A stretch of 64,000 nucleotides of DNA, from contig JANNPN010000255.1 of assembly GCA_031400185.1 (NCBI GenBank), forward strand, positions 1,426 through 65,425. Direction: 5' to 3'. Source of the DNA: Polyangiaceae bacterium. Its GTDB lineage: Bacteria > Desulfobacterota > Binatia > UTPRO1. The position numbers and the translations under genes were made by a program. Below are positions 18,570-28,842 of the stretch, in pieces. Under the pieces are notes generated by a model, which saw nothing but the letters and a program-made list of their open reading frames with translations, made no database searches and was not told the origin of the DNA. Position 1 is the first letter of the stretch; the number at the start of each line of letters is the position of its first letter.

Positions 18570-19859
18570 TCAGCTTGCTTCGGGGACGACGACGGGGATC
18601 TCGAGGGCGTTCTCCGAGCGGGCGACGACGACTGCCGCGGTGATGTCGCCGGTCACGTTCAGCACCGTGCGGCACATATCGAGCAGGCGGTCGACGCCGA
18701 AGATGACGCCGATGCCCTCGGCCGGAACGCCGACCGTCACCAGCACCGGCACGATCAGCGGCAGCGAGCCGCCCGGGACCCCGGCGGTGCCGACGCCGGC
18801 GAGGATCGACATGAGGACGACGACGAGCTGCTGCGAGAGGCTCAAGTCGACCCCGTAGAACTGCGCGAGAAACAGCACGGTCACGCCTTCGAAGAGCGCG
18901 GTGCCGTTCTGGTTCGCGGTCGACCCGAGCGTCAGGACGAAGTTCGCGATCTCGCGCGGCACGCCGAGGCTGCGCTCGGTGACGGTGAGTGCCAGCGGCA
19001 GCGTGACGTTCGACGAGCTCGTCGAAAAGGCCGTGATCATGACCGACCGGATGCGCGTGAAGAACAATCGGGGCGACATGCCGCCGAGGAAGCGGATGAT
19101 GAGCGCGTACGTCACGAACTGGTGGAACGCGAGCCCCGCGAGCACGACCAGCACGTAGCTCGCGAGCTGACGGAGCACCCCCGCGCCGAGCCGCGCCGTC
19201 AGCGTGAAGAGCAAGCACGCGACGCCGTACGGCGCCAGCCGCATGGCGAGCTCGATCACCTGCATGACGACCGCGTACAAGCCCTCGAGCACCGCGACGA
19301 GCGGTGCGACCGTCTCGCGCGGCGCGAGCGCCAATCCGAGGCCGAGCATCAACGAGAAGAACATGACCGCGAGCATGTCCCCGTTGACGGCCGCGCGGAG
19401 CGGGTTGTCCGGGACGATGGCCAAGACCGCTTGGAGGCCGACCGGCGCGTCGGCGGCTGCCACCGGCGCCGGACCGCGCGTCGCGCCGGCCGTGAGCGCG
19501 GCGCGCGTCTCCTCGGAGAGTCCCGCGCCGGGCCGGACCACGTTCACGAGCGTGAGCCCGAGGGCCACCGACAAGCCGGTCGCGAGGAGCGTGTAGGCCA
19601 ACGTCTTCATGCCGATCCGACCGAGGCGGCCGATGTCGCCGAGCCCCGCGACCCCGAGCACGAGCGCCGAGAACACGAGCGGCAGGACCACCATGAAGAT
19701 CAAGCGCAGGAAGATGCGGCCGAACGGCTCGATCACGTAGTCGACCGTCGACGTCAGCCACGGGGAGCCGCCCGCGGTCGCGTTGGCGAGGCTACCGGCC
19801 GCGGCGCCGACGACGAGACCGAGCAAGATGCGCCAGTGCAGCGGCCAGCGTCCGGACAT
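18570..19859 (-). CDS. Dicarboxylate/amino acid:cation symporter (DAACS; GltP/DctA-like)
   Basis: 429 aa, polytopic, with typical SDC family segments (SSSNVTLPLAL..., GVPGGSLPLIVPVL). Confidence 0.85.
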   Translation of the reverse strand: MSGRWPLHWRILLGLVVGAAAGSLANATAGGSPWLTSTVDYVIEPFGRIFLRLIFMVVLPLVFSALVLGVAGLGDIGRLGRIGMKTLAYTLLATGLSVALGLTLVNVVRPGAGLSEETRAALTAGATRGPAPVAAADAPVGLQAVLAIVPDNPLRAAVNGDMLAVMFFSLMLGLGLALAPRETVAPLVAVLEGLYAVVMQVIELAMRLAPYGVACLLFTLTARLGAGVLRQLASYVLVVLAGLAFHQFVTYALIIRFLGGMSPRLFFTRIRSVMITAFSTSSSNVTLPLALTVTERSLGVPREIANFVLTLGSTANQNGTALFEGVTVLFLAQFYGVDLSLSQQLVVVLMSILAGVGTAGVPGGSLPLIVPVLVTVGVPAEGIGVIFGVDRLLDMCRTVLNVTGDITAAVVVARSENALEIPVVVPEAS

Positions 19860-19952
19860 GGGGTCGAGTGTCTAGCACGGCGCGGCGCCACATCGGAGGC
19901 GGGCATGGTTCCCTAGTGGCCGGGGCGTCCCGGGCTCCGGTATCATCCTCCC

Positions 19953-21044
19953 ATGCACCCATCCCCCACGTCCCAGACCCAGGTTCAGGAGCTCGTCGCC
20001 CAGGTGCTCTCCGAGGTCGGTCCCTTCGGGAACCACCAGCAGGAGCGCTATCTCCGCGAAATTCTCACCACGGTCGTCCGCTTGATGCGGGACAACGCGT
20101 CGACCGGCGACCTCAAGATCATCAATACGGCGCTCAAGGAGATGCGAAACGCCTTCAAGGTGTTCGCGCCGTACCGGCACATCCGGAAGGTGAGCGCCTT
20201 CGGTTCGGCTCGCACCCCGGAGACCGCCCCCGAGTACCGGCAGGCGAAGGAGTTCGCCGAACGCATCTGCCACGAGGGGTTCATGGTGCTGACCGGCGCG
20301 GGCGGCGGCATCATGCGCGCCTGTCAGGAGGGGTCGGGGCGGGAGCGGAGCTTCGGCGTCAACATTCGCCTGCCCTGGGAGCAGGGCGCGAACGAGTTCA
20401 TCGACCGCGACCCGAAGCTCATCACCTTCAAGTACTTCTTTACGCGGAAGCTCATGTTCATCAAGGAAGCCGACGCGATCGTTCTCTTCCCCGGCGGCTT
20501 CGGGACCCACGACGAGGGCTTCGAGTCCCTGACGCTCGTGCAGACGGGCAAGTCGCGCCCTCTGCCGATCATCTTCCTCGACGCGCCGGGCGCGCTCTAT
20601 TGGAAGACGTGGAAGAGCTACGTCGACGATCACCTGCTGGGGCCAAGACTCATCTCGCCGGATGACATGGCCCTCTTCAAGGTGACCGACGACATCGACG
20701 AGGCGATCGCGGAGATTCGCCGCTTCTATCGCGTGTATCACTCGTCCCGATACGTCGGGGATCGCTTCGTCATTCGCCTGAACGCGGCGCTGCCGCTGCC
20801 ACTTCTCGAGCGGCTGAACGTCGAGTTCCGCGACATTCTGCAAAACGGCGTCTTCGAGTTCGGTGAAGCGTTGCCCGAAGAACAGGGTGAGCCCGAGATC
20901 GCGCACCTGCCGCGACTCGTCTTCCGGTTCAATCGCATGCGCTTCGGCCGCCTGCGCACGATGATCGACATGATCAACCAGGCGGGACCGGAGGCGACGG
21001 TGATGGCGCCGCCGCTCCACACCGCCGAAGGCGGCTTGGTGTGA
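19953..21044 (+). CDS. LOG-family nucleotide 5'-monophosphate nucleosidase (long PpnN/YgdH-type, TIGR00730-like)
   Basis: LOG motifs SAFGSAR, TGAGGGIM and PGGFGTHDE. Confidence 0.7.
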   Translation: MHPSPTSQTQVQELVAQVLSEVGPFGNHQQERYLREILTTVVRLMRDNASTGDLKIINTALKEMRNAFKVFAPYRHIRKVSAFGSARTPETAPEYRQAKEFAERICHEGFMVLTGAGGGIMRACQEGSGRERSFGVNIRLPWEQGANEFIDRDPKLITFKYFFTRKLMFIKEADAIVLFPGGFGTHDEGFESLTLVQTGKSRPLPIIFLDAPGALYWKTWKSYVDDHLLGPRLISPDDMALFKVTDDIDEAIAEIRRFYRVYHSSRYVGDRFVIRLNAALPLPLLERLNVEFRDILQNGVFEFGEALPEEQGEPEIAHLPRLVFRFNRMRFGRLRTMIDMINQAGPEATVMAPPLHTAEGGLV

Positions 21045-21112
21045 GCGTCCTCTGGGCAGGACGCGGAACGTCCGAGTGAGCAGACGCCGTCCGCGCAGCG
21101 GACGCTTCGCGA

Positions 21113-21376
21113 TCAACTGAGCGCGCGCTTCTCTTCGCCGAGCTCGCCATTCGCGGCGAGGAGCGCGCGGAGCAGCTCGGCCAGGGTCAGCACCTCGGCG
21201 TTCACCCGGACGAACGCTTCGACGGCCTTGAACCATTCATCACGATGATGCTCGTTGCTCACCGTCGGCGCGTCGGGGTTCAGACTCACGACTTTGCGCA
21301 TCCCGGCGAGCAGTCCCTCGGAGATGCCGTGCAGGTGGCGGGTGATGTCGCTGAACGTACTGGCGTCGATGACCAT
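21113..21376 (-). CDS. Hypothetical small protein (87 aa)
   Basis: High GC3 coding-like ORF in an otherwise free convergent gap. No recognisable motif and a weak RBS. Confidence 0.35.
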   Translation of the reverse strand: MVIDASTFSDITRHLHGISEGLLAGMRKVVSLNPDAPTVSNEHHRDEWFKAVEAFVRVNAEVLTLAELLRALLAANGELGEEKRALS

Positions 21377-21560
21377 CGTTCAATGGCGATTACAAGAAGG
21401 ATGCCAGGAGGCGGACGGGAACGTGTCGGGAAACCGCGGGTCGAGGGGTGTTCCGAAGCGGAGCACGAGACTGCAGAAATGCGAGACGCCGGAGGCGGCT
21501 TGCATCCGTGCGAGCGTCGGCAGGTCGACAGGCCCCGATTTCCGAAGATATAGCCGCGCC

Positions 21561-23015
21561 ATGCTGGAGCGTCCGAAGGTACGAGCATGGGTCGCGGTGC
21601 TGATCGCGACGACGATGGTGGGATGCGTCGGTTGCGAACAGGCACCGCCGCCACTCGTGACCAGGCCCGCGGGCACCGCGCCGCCGCTCACCCGTATCGC
21701 TGGAGGGTTCGTGTGGGATGGCCGCACCGATCAATTGATCGCACCCCGCGACCTGATCCTGGAAGGCGGCCGGATCAAGGCCATCGTCGCCAGGGGCTTG
21801 TGGAAAACCGACAGCGAGGTGGTGGTCGACGCGACCAGCGCGATCGTCATGCCGGGATTGATCGACGTGCACGGCCACACGGGGGCGAACTCGGCGCCCT
21901 CGTGGTCGAGCGCCAGCCAATTCCCCGATCCTGACCGCAACCTTCAGAGCTATCTCTATGCCGGGGTCACGACCGTCCTCGACCCGGCCGCCATGGCACC
22001 GGAAGTCTTCGAGCGCCGCGACGCAATCGCCAAGGGCGATCTGCTCGGCCCGACGATCTTCGCCGCCGGCCCGATGTTCACCGCGATCGGCGGCCATCCG
22101 GTCGGCGTCATGGACGCGCTCGTCCCATGGTGGATCCGCTGGTACGTAAAATCCCATATGACCCGCGAGGTCGGCACCGCGGCCGACGCGCGCGCGGCGG
22201 TGCAAGCGCTGCTGCCGTCGAAACCGGACGTCATCAAGGTCGCGGTCGACGCGATCCCGAACGGCGCGCCGCTCCTCGGGGGCGAGGTTCTGCGCGCGGT
22301 CGTCGACGAAGCGAAGAAGCACGGCATCCGCACGGTCGCCCACATCGGCACCGTTGCCGATGCGCTCGAGGCCGCCGACGCCGGCGTCGCCGCGTGGATG
22401 CACGGCGTCTACAAGGAACGGATCCCGGACGAGGTGATCGGGCGCTTCCAGACGGCCGCGATCCCGTACGTCGCAACGACCTTCGTGTTCGACGACTATG
22501 CGGACATCTACGAGCGCAAGCGCGAGGCGACCGAGCTCGAACGCGAGACCGTTCCCGCCGACGTGCTCGCGAGCTTCAACGAGACGCCGGCGGACTCGCA
22601 GCCCCCGGCGTTCGTCGACTTCGTCAAGCTGATGGTGGCGACGCGCGAGGTGCGCTGCGACAACGTCCGGCGGCTGAACGAGGCCGGGGTGCCGATCCTC
22701 GCCGGCGCCGACGCGCAGCTCGGCGTGTTCCCTGGTCCGGCGCTGCACCGCGAGATCGCCGGCCTGGTTCGCTGCGGTCTCACTTCCTTTCAAGCGTTGC
22801 AGGCAGCAACGTCTGCGGCCGCGCGCTTCGTCAGCGGCAACCCGGAGCCGGATTTCGGCACGGTGCAGCTGGGCAAGCGCGCGGACCTCATCGTCATCAA
22901 CGGAGACCCGCTCACGAGCCTCGAGGCGCTGCACGACATCCGTTACGTCGTCAAAGACGGCTGGGTGCTCGAGCGCCACCCGCTCGGCGGCCCGCGCCCT
23001 ACAGCGACGCCGTGA
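21561..23015 (+). CDS. Amidohydrolase family (metal-dependent hydrolase, Amidohydro_1) periplasmic lipoprotein
   Basis: Lipoprotein signal (LIATTMVGCVGC). The HGH metal-binding motif (GLIDVHGHTG). Amidohydrolase C-terminal Asp region. The track ORF was trimmed to the ATG at 21561. Confidence 0.75.
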   Translation: MLERPKVRAWVAVLIATTMVGCVGCEQAPPPLVTRPAGTAPPLTRIAGGFVWDGRTDQLIAPRDLILEGGRIKAIVARGLWKTDSEVVVDATSAIVMPGLIDVHGHTGANSAPSWSSASQFPDPDRNLQSYLYAGVTTVLDPAAMAPEVFERRDAIAKGDLLGPTIFAAGPMFTAIGGHPVGVMDALVPWWIRWYVKSHMTREVGTAADARAAVQALLPSKPDVIKVAVDAIPNGAPLLGGEVLRAVVDEAKKHGIRTVAHIGTVADALEAADAGVAAWMHGVYKERIPDEVIGRFQTAAIPYVATTFVFDDYADIYERKREATELERETVPADVLASFNETPADSQPPAFVDFVKLMVATREVRCDNVRRLNEAGVPILAGADAQLGVFPGPALHREIAGLVRCGLTSFQALQAATSAAARFVSGNPEPDFGTVQLGKRADLIVINGDPLTSLEALHDIRYVVKDGWVLERHPLGGPRPTATP

Positions 23016-23826
23016 GGAACCCGAAGACGTCCTTGTAGATGCCGGCGCCCCACTGGTGGTGGGTGCCCGGTCGCCAGCGCAGCTCCTTCGGGTCGCGTGC
23101 GGCGGTGAAGAGCGTCTCGACGGCCTCGCGCGGGAAGATGGGGTCGTCGACGGTGTTCACCATGAGGAAGGGTCGCGGCGCGATCGCGGCCGCGAAGAAG
23201 ACAGGATCCGTCGCCTCGGCGGCGGCGAGCCGGCGCGCGCGGTCCTCCTCGGTCTTGCCGCGCTCCCAGTAGCGCGTGTACGCGAAGCTCCCCGCGATCA
23301 CGACGGCGGCGGCGCGGATGCGCGGCTCGCCGGCGGTGAAGACCGTCCCGAGCATCCCGCCCAGGCTGAAGCCGGCGTAGCCGATGCGCTCTGCGTCGAC
23401 GCCGTGGGTCGCGGCCAGCAGGTCGACGCCGGCCGTCAGATCGCCGACGCTCCGCGCGACGAACTCGGGCTGGCCGATCAAGCGCCGGCGCACGAGCGGG
23501 TCGCTCGGCGTGGCGGTCGCGCGCTCACCGTGCTCCGCGAGGTCGATCGTGAGCACGGTCCAACCCTGCTTCGCCCAGCGCCGCGCCGGGGCCCGGATGT
23601 AGTAGTCGTCCTTGCTGGTGTTGGCGCCGTGCTGGAGGATCACGGCTGGGGCCGGGTCGATCGCCGCGGCCGGTTGCAGCAATACCGCCGGCACCGCGAG
23701 GCCGTCCGCACCAGCGTAGCGGACGCGGCGAAGTCGCACGTCGCCCTCGACGCGATCGTCGATGAGCTCCACGTCGGCGCCCGTCACGCGCGGCGTTGTT
23801 GCAGAGCGGTTCGGGCTGCGCAACAA
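22999..23826 (-). CDS. Alpha/beta hydrolase (dienelactone hydrolase-like)
   Basis: Nucleophile elbow GFSLGG and an alpha/beta-hydrolase layout. Confidence 0.7.
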   Translation of the reverse strand: MLRSPNRSATTPRVTGADVELIDDRVEGDVRLRRVRYAGADGLAVPAVLLQPAAAIDPAPAVILQHGANTSKDDYYIRAPARRWAKQGWTVLTIDLAEHGERATATPSDPLVRRRLIGQPEFVARSVGDLTAGVDLLAATHGVDAERIGYAGFSLGGMLGTVFTAGEPRIRAAAVVIAGSFAYTRYWERGKTEEDRARRLAAAEATDPVFFAAAIAPRPFLMVNTVDDPIFPREAVETLFTAARDPKELRWRPGTHHQWGAGIYKDVFGFLTASL

Positions 23827-23834
23827 CGGCGGTC

Positions 23835-24431
23835 GTGATCATCGGGCTCACTGGCGGGATCGGAGCGGGGAAGAGCGTCGTCGGTCGGATGCTCGCGGAG
23901 CTCGGCGCGTACGTGATCGACACCGACAAGGTTGGCCATCGCGTGTACGCCCCCGGCAGCGAGGGGTTCGCGCGCATCGTCGAGACCTTCGGCCGAGCGG
24001 TCGTCGCGGCCGACGGCACCATCGATCGGAAGAAGCTCGGCGCGACCGTGTTCGCCGACGCCGAGAAGCGGGCGGCGCTGAACGCCATCGTGCACCCGCT
24101 GATTTTCGGCGAGATCATGCGCGAGATCGCAGAGTGTCGTCACGGCGGTTTCACGGGCCACATCGTGCTCGAGGCGCCGATCCTCGTCGAAGCGAAGGGG
24201 ACCGGCCTCGTCGACCAGATCTGGGTGGTGACCGCGCCACCCGAGGCCGTCCGCGCCCGACTCATGACCGACCGCGCGATGTCGATGCCGGAGATCGAGG
24301 CCCGCGTCGCCGCCCAACTCGACGACGCCGGCCGCCGCCGCCACGCCGACGTCATCCTCGAGAATGACGGCGACCTCGAAAGCCTCCGTAAAGTCGTCGC
24401 AGCCGCGTGGCGGACCGTGCTCTCGGTTTGA
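23835..24431 (+). CDS. coaE: Dephospho-CoA kinase
   Basis: P-loop GLTGGIGAGKS and CoaE-family sequence. GTG start chosen to avoid overlap with the convergent hydrolase. An ATG at 23796 is an alternative. Confidence 0.85.
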   Translation: MIIGLTGGIGAGKSVVGRMLAELGAYVIDTDKVGHRVYAPGSEGFARIVETFGRAVVAADGTIDRKKLGATVFADAEKRAALNAIVHPLIFGEIMREIAECRHGGFTGHIVLEAPILVEAKGTGLVDQIWVVTAPPEAVRARLMTDRAMSMPEIEARVAAQLDDAGRRRHADVILENDGDLESLRKVVAAAWRTVLSV

Positions 24432-24578
24432 GGAAAAGACTGCCCGCTCTGCGGTGATCGTGAGGCTGCCGCCACGCGACATTCGACGCGTCGCGGAACC
24501 GCAGAGATCCCCGACGGATGTCGTATTGCTTCAAGATTTGCACGCGTGCTAGTTTCTGAACGCGTTCAAATCTTGACC

Positions 24579-25265
24579 ATGAACCTCTTCGAAGAGCACA
24601 AAGCAGAGCGCCGCGAACGAATCCTGGCGACGGCCCGCGAGCTCATCGCCGAGCGCGGCTACGACGGGCTCACCATGCGCGACCTCGCGCACGCGAGCCG
24701 CGTGTCGGTGCCTACGCTCTACAACCTCTTCGGCGGAAAGCAGGCGATCCTCCTCGGCGAGCTCGAATCCACGTTCGCGGCGGTCGTCGCCGGCATCGCG
24801 ACCGTGCGCACCGGGAACGTCGCCGATCGCGCGCTCGCGACGTGCGATGCCGGCAACGCCGACCTGCTCGCGGTCCCGCAGTACTCGCGCGAGCTCATCC
24901 TGCTCTTCCTCACGTCGGCGGAGACCGCCGATCTCCGCCGCAGCTCGGCCGAGAAGTTCACCGCGCTGATGGCCGACATCCTGCGTGACGGGCAGAAGGC
25001 GGACGAGATCGAGCCGTGGGTGGACCCGCTCGTACTCTCGCGTCGCATGTTCGCGCACTATCAGCTGGCGATGATCGAGTGGGCGCGCGGCGAGCTCGAT
25101 GCCGAGGCATTCCGCGCCGCCACCCGGTTCGGCATGTGCGTGATGCTGCTCGGCGTCGCCCGCGGCCGCGCCCGTCGCCAGCTCACGGCCGAGCTGCGGA
25201 ACGTTCAGTCCACGATGACGAGCGGGCGCCGCCCGAAGGCGCGCGGCCGCAAAGGAGCCCGATGA
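24579..25265 (+). CDS. TetR/AcrR family transcriptional regulator
   Basis: N-terminal HTH (GYDGLTMRDLAHASRVSVPTLYNLF). Start at MNLFEE. Confidence 0.8.
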   Translation: MNLFEEHKAERRERILATARELIAERGYDGLTMRDLAHASRVSVPTLYNLFGGKQAILLGELESTFAAVVAGIATVRTGNVADRALATCDAGNADLLAVPQYSRELILLFLTSAETADLRRSSAEKFTALMADILRDGQKADEIEPWVDPLVLSRRMFAHYQLAMIEWARGELDAEAFRAATRFGMCVMLLGVARGRARRQLTAELRNVQSTMTSGRRPKARGRKGAR

Positions 25266-26449
25266 TGCGCACGACGACGATCGACGGTTGCGATCTCTCC
25301 CAGCCGGCCCCCGGCCGCCTGCTGCCACCGCGCGCGTTCTTCTCGCCGGCGGTCTTCGATGCCGACATGACGAAGATCTTCGCGCGCAGCTGGGTGCACG
25401 TCGCCGATCTTCCCGACCTGCGCACGGCCGGCGACTACGTCACCGCCAAGATCGGTACGAGCCCGGTCGTGATCGTGCGCGGCCACGACGGCGAGCTGCG
25501 CGGATTCCTGAACGTCTGCCCGCACCGTGGAGCCACGCTCGCCGAAGGCCACGGCAACTGTGGCCGCCAGCTCACGTGCCCGTACCACGCGTGGAGCTTC
25601 GCGACCGACGGACGCCTCGTCGGCGCGCCGTCGCGCGAGGAGTTCACCTGCGACTTCTCGACGATCGGCCTCCTGCCGATTTCGATCGCGACGGCCGGCC
25701 CGATGGTCTTCGGATGTTTGGATGCCACGGCGGCGGGACCCTTCGCCGAATGGATCGGCGAGCTGCCGCACGCGCTCGCGCGCGCCGCCGGCGAGCGCAT
25801 GGAGCTCGCCTTCGAGTACACCTACGAGGTCGACGTCAACTGGAAGATCTACGTCGAAAACGGCCTCGAGGGATACCACGTCGCCGTCGTGCACGATGTC
25901 CTGAACGACTTCGTCGAAACGAAGAACGCGCACCAGCACTTCGAGGAGCACTCGAGCTACACCCACGCCTTCATCAAGCCGGAGTACCGGCAAATGATCC
26001 CCGAGCTGCCGCACCTCTCCGCCGAGGAGCAGCGCTACGTCCGCTTCGGCCACGTCTTCCCGAACCTGATCCCGGTGATCGCGCCGGCCGAGCTCTCGTA
26101 TCTCCGCATCGATCCGATCGGCCCGGAAAAGATCCGCCTCGTCGCGCGGAGTTTCGACCTCGGCGGCGACCTCGCCATTCTTCGCGACTTCCGGAAAGAC
26201 GCGCTCGACCGCACCAACCAGCAGGACATCGGGGTCGTGACCCGCGTGCAGCAGGGGCTCCACGCGCACGGGTTCCGCGGCGGTGTCCATTCGGCGTTCC
26301 TCGAGAGCCGGATCGGCCACTTCGAGCGCATGGTGAGCCGCGCCCACACGGGCGAGTCGATGTCGCTCGCGCGTGCCGGCTACTTCACGCACGAGCAGTT
26401 GACGGAGGAGTCCGGACGCCCGCGGGTCGCGGCGGTGGCGAGCGCCTGA
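25262..26449 (+). CDS. Rieske non-haem iron aromatic-ring-hydroxylating oxygenase, alpha subunit (alpha-only/phthalate-family type)
   Basis: Rieske motifs CPHRG...CPYHAW and a mononuclear iron site (EGYHVAVVHD). The ATG overlaps the TetR stop (ATGATG context). No beta subunit or reductase gene is adjacent. Confidence 0.85.
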   Translation: MMRTTTIDGCDLSQPAPGRLLPPRAFFSPAVFDADMTKIFARSWVHVADLPDLRTAGDYVTAKIGTSPVVIVRGHDGELRGFLNVCPHRGATLAEGHGNCGRQLTCPYHAWSFATDGRLVGAPSREEFTCDFSTIGLLPISIATAGPMVFGCLDATAAGPFAEWIGELPHALARAAGERMELAFEYTYEVDVNWKIYVENGLEGYHVAVVHDVLNDFVETKNAHQHFEEHSSYTHAFIKPEYRQMIPELPHLSAEEQRYVRFGHVFPNLIPVIAPAELSYLRIDPIGPEKIRLVARSFDLGGDLAILRDFRKDALDRTNQQDIGVVTRVQQGLHAHGFRGGVHSAFLESRIGHFERMVSRAHTGESMSLARAGYFTHEQLTEESGRPRVAAVASA

Positions 26450-26488
26450 GCTGGTTTGCGGCGGCGGCGGCGTGGTAACGAGCCGCGC

Positions 26489-27346
26489 ATGACCGCCATT
26501 CGCACCGAGACCGAGGCCGGCGTCCGCTCGATCGTCTTCGCGCGTCCCGCCGAGTACAATACGATAACGCCGGCCTTCCGCGACGAGCTCGCCGCCGCGA
26601 ACGACGAGGCCGACGCCGACCGGGCCGTCCGCGTGATCCTGCTGCGGGCCGAGGGCCCCGCGTTCTGCGCCGGCTACGGTCTCGACTGGTCGACGGTCGC
26701 GCAGGCGACCGAGGAGGAGCGCGAGCGGCGCTGGGACTCGGTCGCCGACCTCCGCATGATGGGCCGCTTCGTCGAGGTCTACATGAAGCTCTGGTACGCC
26801 GCGAAGCCGACGATCGCGGCGGTGCAGGGTTGGTGCATCGGCGGCGGCACCGACATGGTGCTCTGCGCCGACATCGTGATCGCGGCCGAGGGCGCCACGT
26901 TCGGCTATCCGCCGGCGCGCGTCTGGGGCACGCCCACGACGGCGATGTGGGTCTACCGGATGGGCCTCGAGAAGGCGAAGCGCTATCTGCTCACCGGCGA
27001 CGAGATCCCGGCGCCCGAGGCGGCGCGGATCGGCCTCATCCTCGAAGCAGTGCCCGACGCGGAGCTGCAGACCCACGCGATGGCGTTCGCGCGCCGGATG
27101 GCGCGGCTCCCGACGAACCAGCTCGTGATGCTGAAGCTCCTCTGCAACCAGACCGCGGAGAACATGGGCCTCACCGCGAGCCGGACGCTCGGAACGCTCT
27201 TCGACGGGATCGCGCGGCACACGCAGGAGGGCCTCGACTTCGTCTCGCGTGCACAGGCCGTCGGCTTCCGCGAAGCGGTGCGCGAGCGTGACGATCCCTT
27301 TGGCGACTATGGTTCGGGCCCCCGCTCCCGCACCCCCAAGCCCTAG
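26489..27346 (+). CDS. Enoyl-CoA hydratase/isomerase (crotonase) family protein
   Basis: Crotonase fold motifs (AFCAGYGL, GWCIGGGTDM). Confidence 0.8.
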   Translation: MTAIRTETEAGVRSIVFARPAEYNTITPAFRDELAAANDEADADRAVRVILLRAEGPAFCAGYGLDWSTVAQATEEERERRWDSVADLRMMGRFVEVYMKLWYAAKPTIAAVQGWCIGGGTDMVLCADIVIAAEGATFGYPPARVWGTPTTAMWVYRMGLEKAKRYLLTGDEIPAPEAARIGLILEAVPDAELQTHAMAFARRMARLPTNQLVMLKLLCNQTAENMGLTASRTLGTLFDGIARHTQEGLDFVSRAQAVGFREAVRERDDPFGDYGSGPRSRTPKP

Positions 27347-27402
27347 CGCAACCTGCCTCGGTCGTGCGTCGGGGGCGCTTCGTTGGTAAAGGAGCCCGGT
27401 CC

Positions 27403-28824
27403 ATGACGCTGCACGCCGAGCTCACGCGCGAGATCGAGGACGGCCCGTCCGGGTCGCACATCGCGGCGTTCTTCGACCTCGACCGCACGCTGCTCGCCGG
27501 TTTTTCGGCTGCGCACTTCATCCGCGAGGACGTGCTCGCCGGCCGCATGAGCGCCAAGCATTTCGCGCAGACGTTACTCGCCGCGACGCTCTTCCAGCTC
27601 CGGCAGATCGGGTTCTCCGGCTTCGTCGGCAGCACGCTGGAGCGCCTCCGCGGCCTCACCGAGGACGAGCTCGCGACCCACGCCGAGCACATGTTCATCG
27701 AGCACCTCGCCGCCGACGTGTATCCCGAGGCGCGCGCCCTCGTGCAGGCACACCGTCGCAAGGGCCACACGGTCGCCGTGGTGTCGTCGGCGACGCGCTT
27801 CCAGATCGACCCCCTCGCGCGCGACTTCGGCATCGAGCACGTCCTATGCACCGAGCTCGAGGTGCAGAACGGCAAGCTCACCGGGCGCGTGATCGAGCCG
27901 ACCTGCTACGGCGAGGGCAAGGCCACCGCCGCGCGGAGGTTCGGCATCCCGCGCGCCATCGACTTCGAGCAGAGCTATTTCTACACCGACAGCGAGGAGG
28001 ATCTGCCCCTCCTCGAGATCGTCGGGAATCCGCGGCCGACGAACCCGTCGGCCCGGCTCGCAGAGATCGCCGCCAAGCGCGGCTGGCCCGCCAACCGGTT
28101 CACGAGCCGCGGGACGCCGGGCGCGCTCGCGGTTCTGCGGACGACGCTCGCGGTCGGCGCACTGTTCCCGTCGCTGATGTTGGGAGTTCCCGCGGCGGTC
28201 TTCGGCTGGAGCTGGCGGCGCGCCATCAACATCGCGATCAATACCTGGGGTGAGCTCGGCACGTCGCTCGCGGGCATCGACCTCGCGGTGACGGGCGAGG
28301 AGCACCTCTGGTCGCGCCGACCGGCGGTCTTCATCTTCAACCACCAGAGCGGCATCGACATGCTGGTCCTCTGTCGCCTGCTGCGGCGCGACATCATCGG
28401 CGTCGCCAAACAGGAGGTGCGGCGGAATCCGATTTTCGGGCCGTTCTTCGCGGCCGCCGGCACCGTCTTCGTCGACCGCGCCAACCACGTGCAGGCGGTG
28501 AATGCGCTGAAGCCCGTCGTCGAGTCGATCCGCGAGGGGCTCTCGCTCGTCCTCGCTCCCGAAGGCACGCGGAGCGCCACGGGCCACCTCGGCCGTTTCA
28601 AGAAGGGCGCCTTCCACATGGCGATGGCGGCCGGCGTACCCATCGTGCCGATCGTGCTCCGCAATACGCTCGACGCGCTGCCGAAGCACGGCATCATCGT
28701 ACGCGCGGCGACGATCGAGGTCGTCGTACACCCGCCGATCGAGACGGCGGATTGGAAGCCGGAGAACCTCGACCGTCACATCGAGGAGATCCGCAACCTC
28801 TACGTCGAGACCATGGGCGAGTAG
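27403..28824 (+). CDS. Fusion protein: HAD-IB family hydrolase (phosphoserine phosphatase-like) N-terminal domain and 1-acyl-sn-glycerol-3-phosphate acyltransferase (PlsC/LPLAT) C-terminal domain
   Basis: HAD motif I FFDLDRTL. An internal TM stretch. Acyltransferase H-box FNHQSGIDM and PEGTRS motif. SD AAGGAG precedes the ATG. Confidence 0.75.
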   Translation: MTLHAELTREIEDGPSGSHIAAFFDLDRTLLAGFSAAHFIREDVLAGRMSAKHFAQTLLAATLFQLRQIGFSGFVGSTLERLRGLTEDELATHAEHMFIEHLAADVYPEARALVQAHRRKGHTVAVVSSATRFQIDPLARDFGIEHVLCTELEVQNGKLTGRVIEPTCYGEGKATAARRFGIPRAIDFEQSYFYTDSEEDLPLLEIVGNPRPTNPSARLAEIAAKRGWPANRFTSRGTPGALAVLRTTLAVGALFPSLMLGVPAAVFGWSWRRAINIAINTWGELGTSLAGIDLAVTGEEHLWSRRPAVFIFNHQSGIDMLVLCRLLRRDIIGVAKQEVRRNPIFGPFFAAAGTVFVDRANHVQAVNALKPVVESIREGLSLVLAPEGTRSATGHLGRFKKGAFHMAMAAGVPIVPIVLRNTLDALPKHGIIVRAATIEVVVHPPIETADWKPENLDRHIEEIRNLYVETMGE

Positions 28825-28842
28825 CCCGCTCTCGACGCTCGT

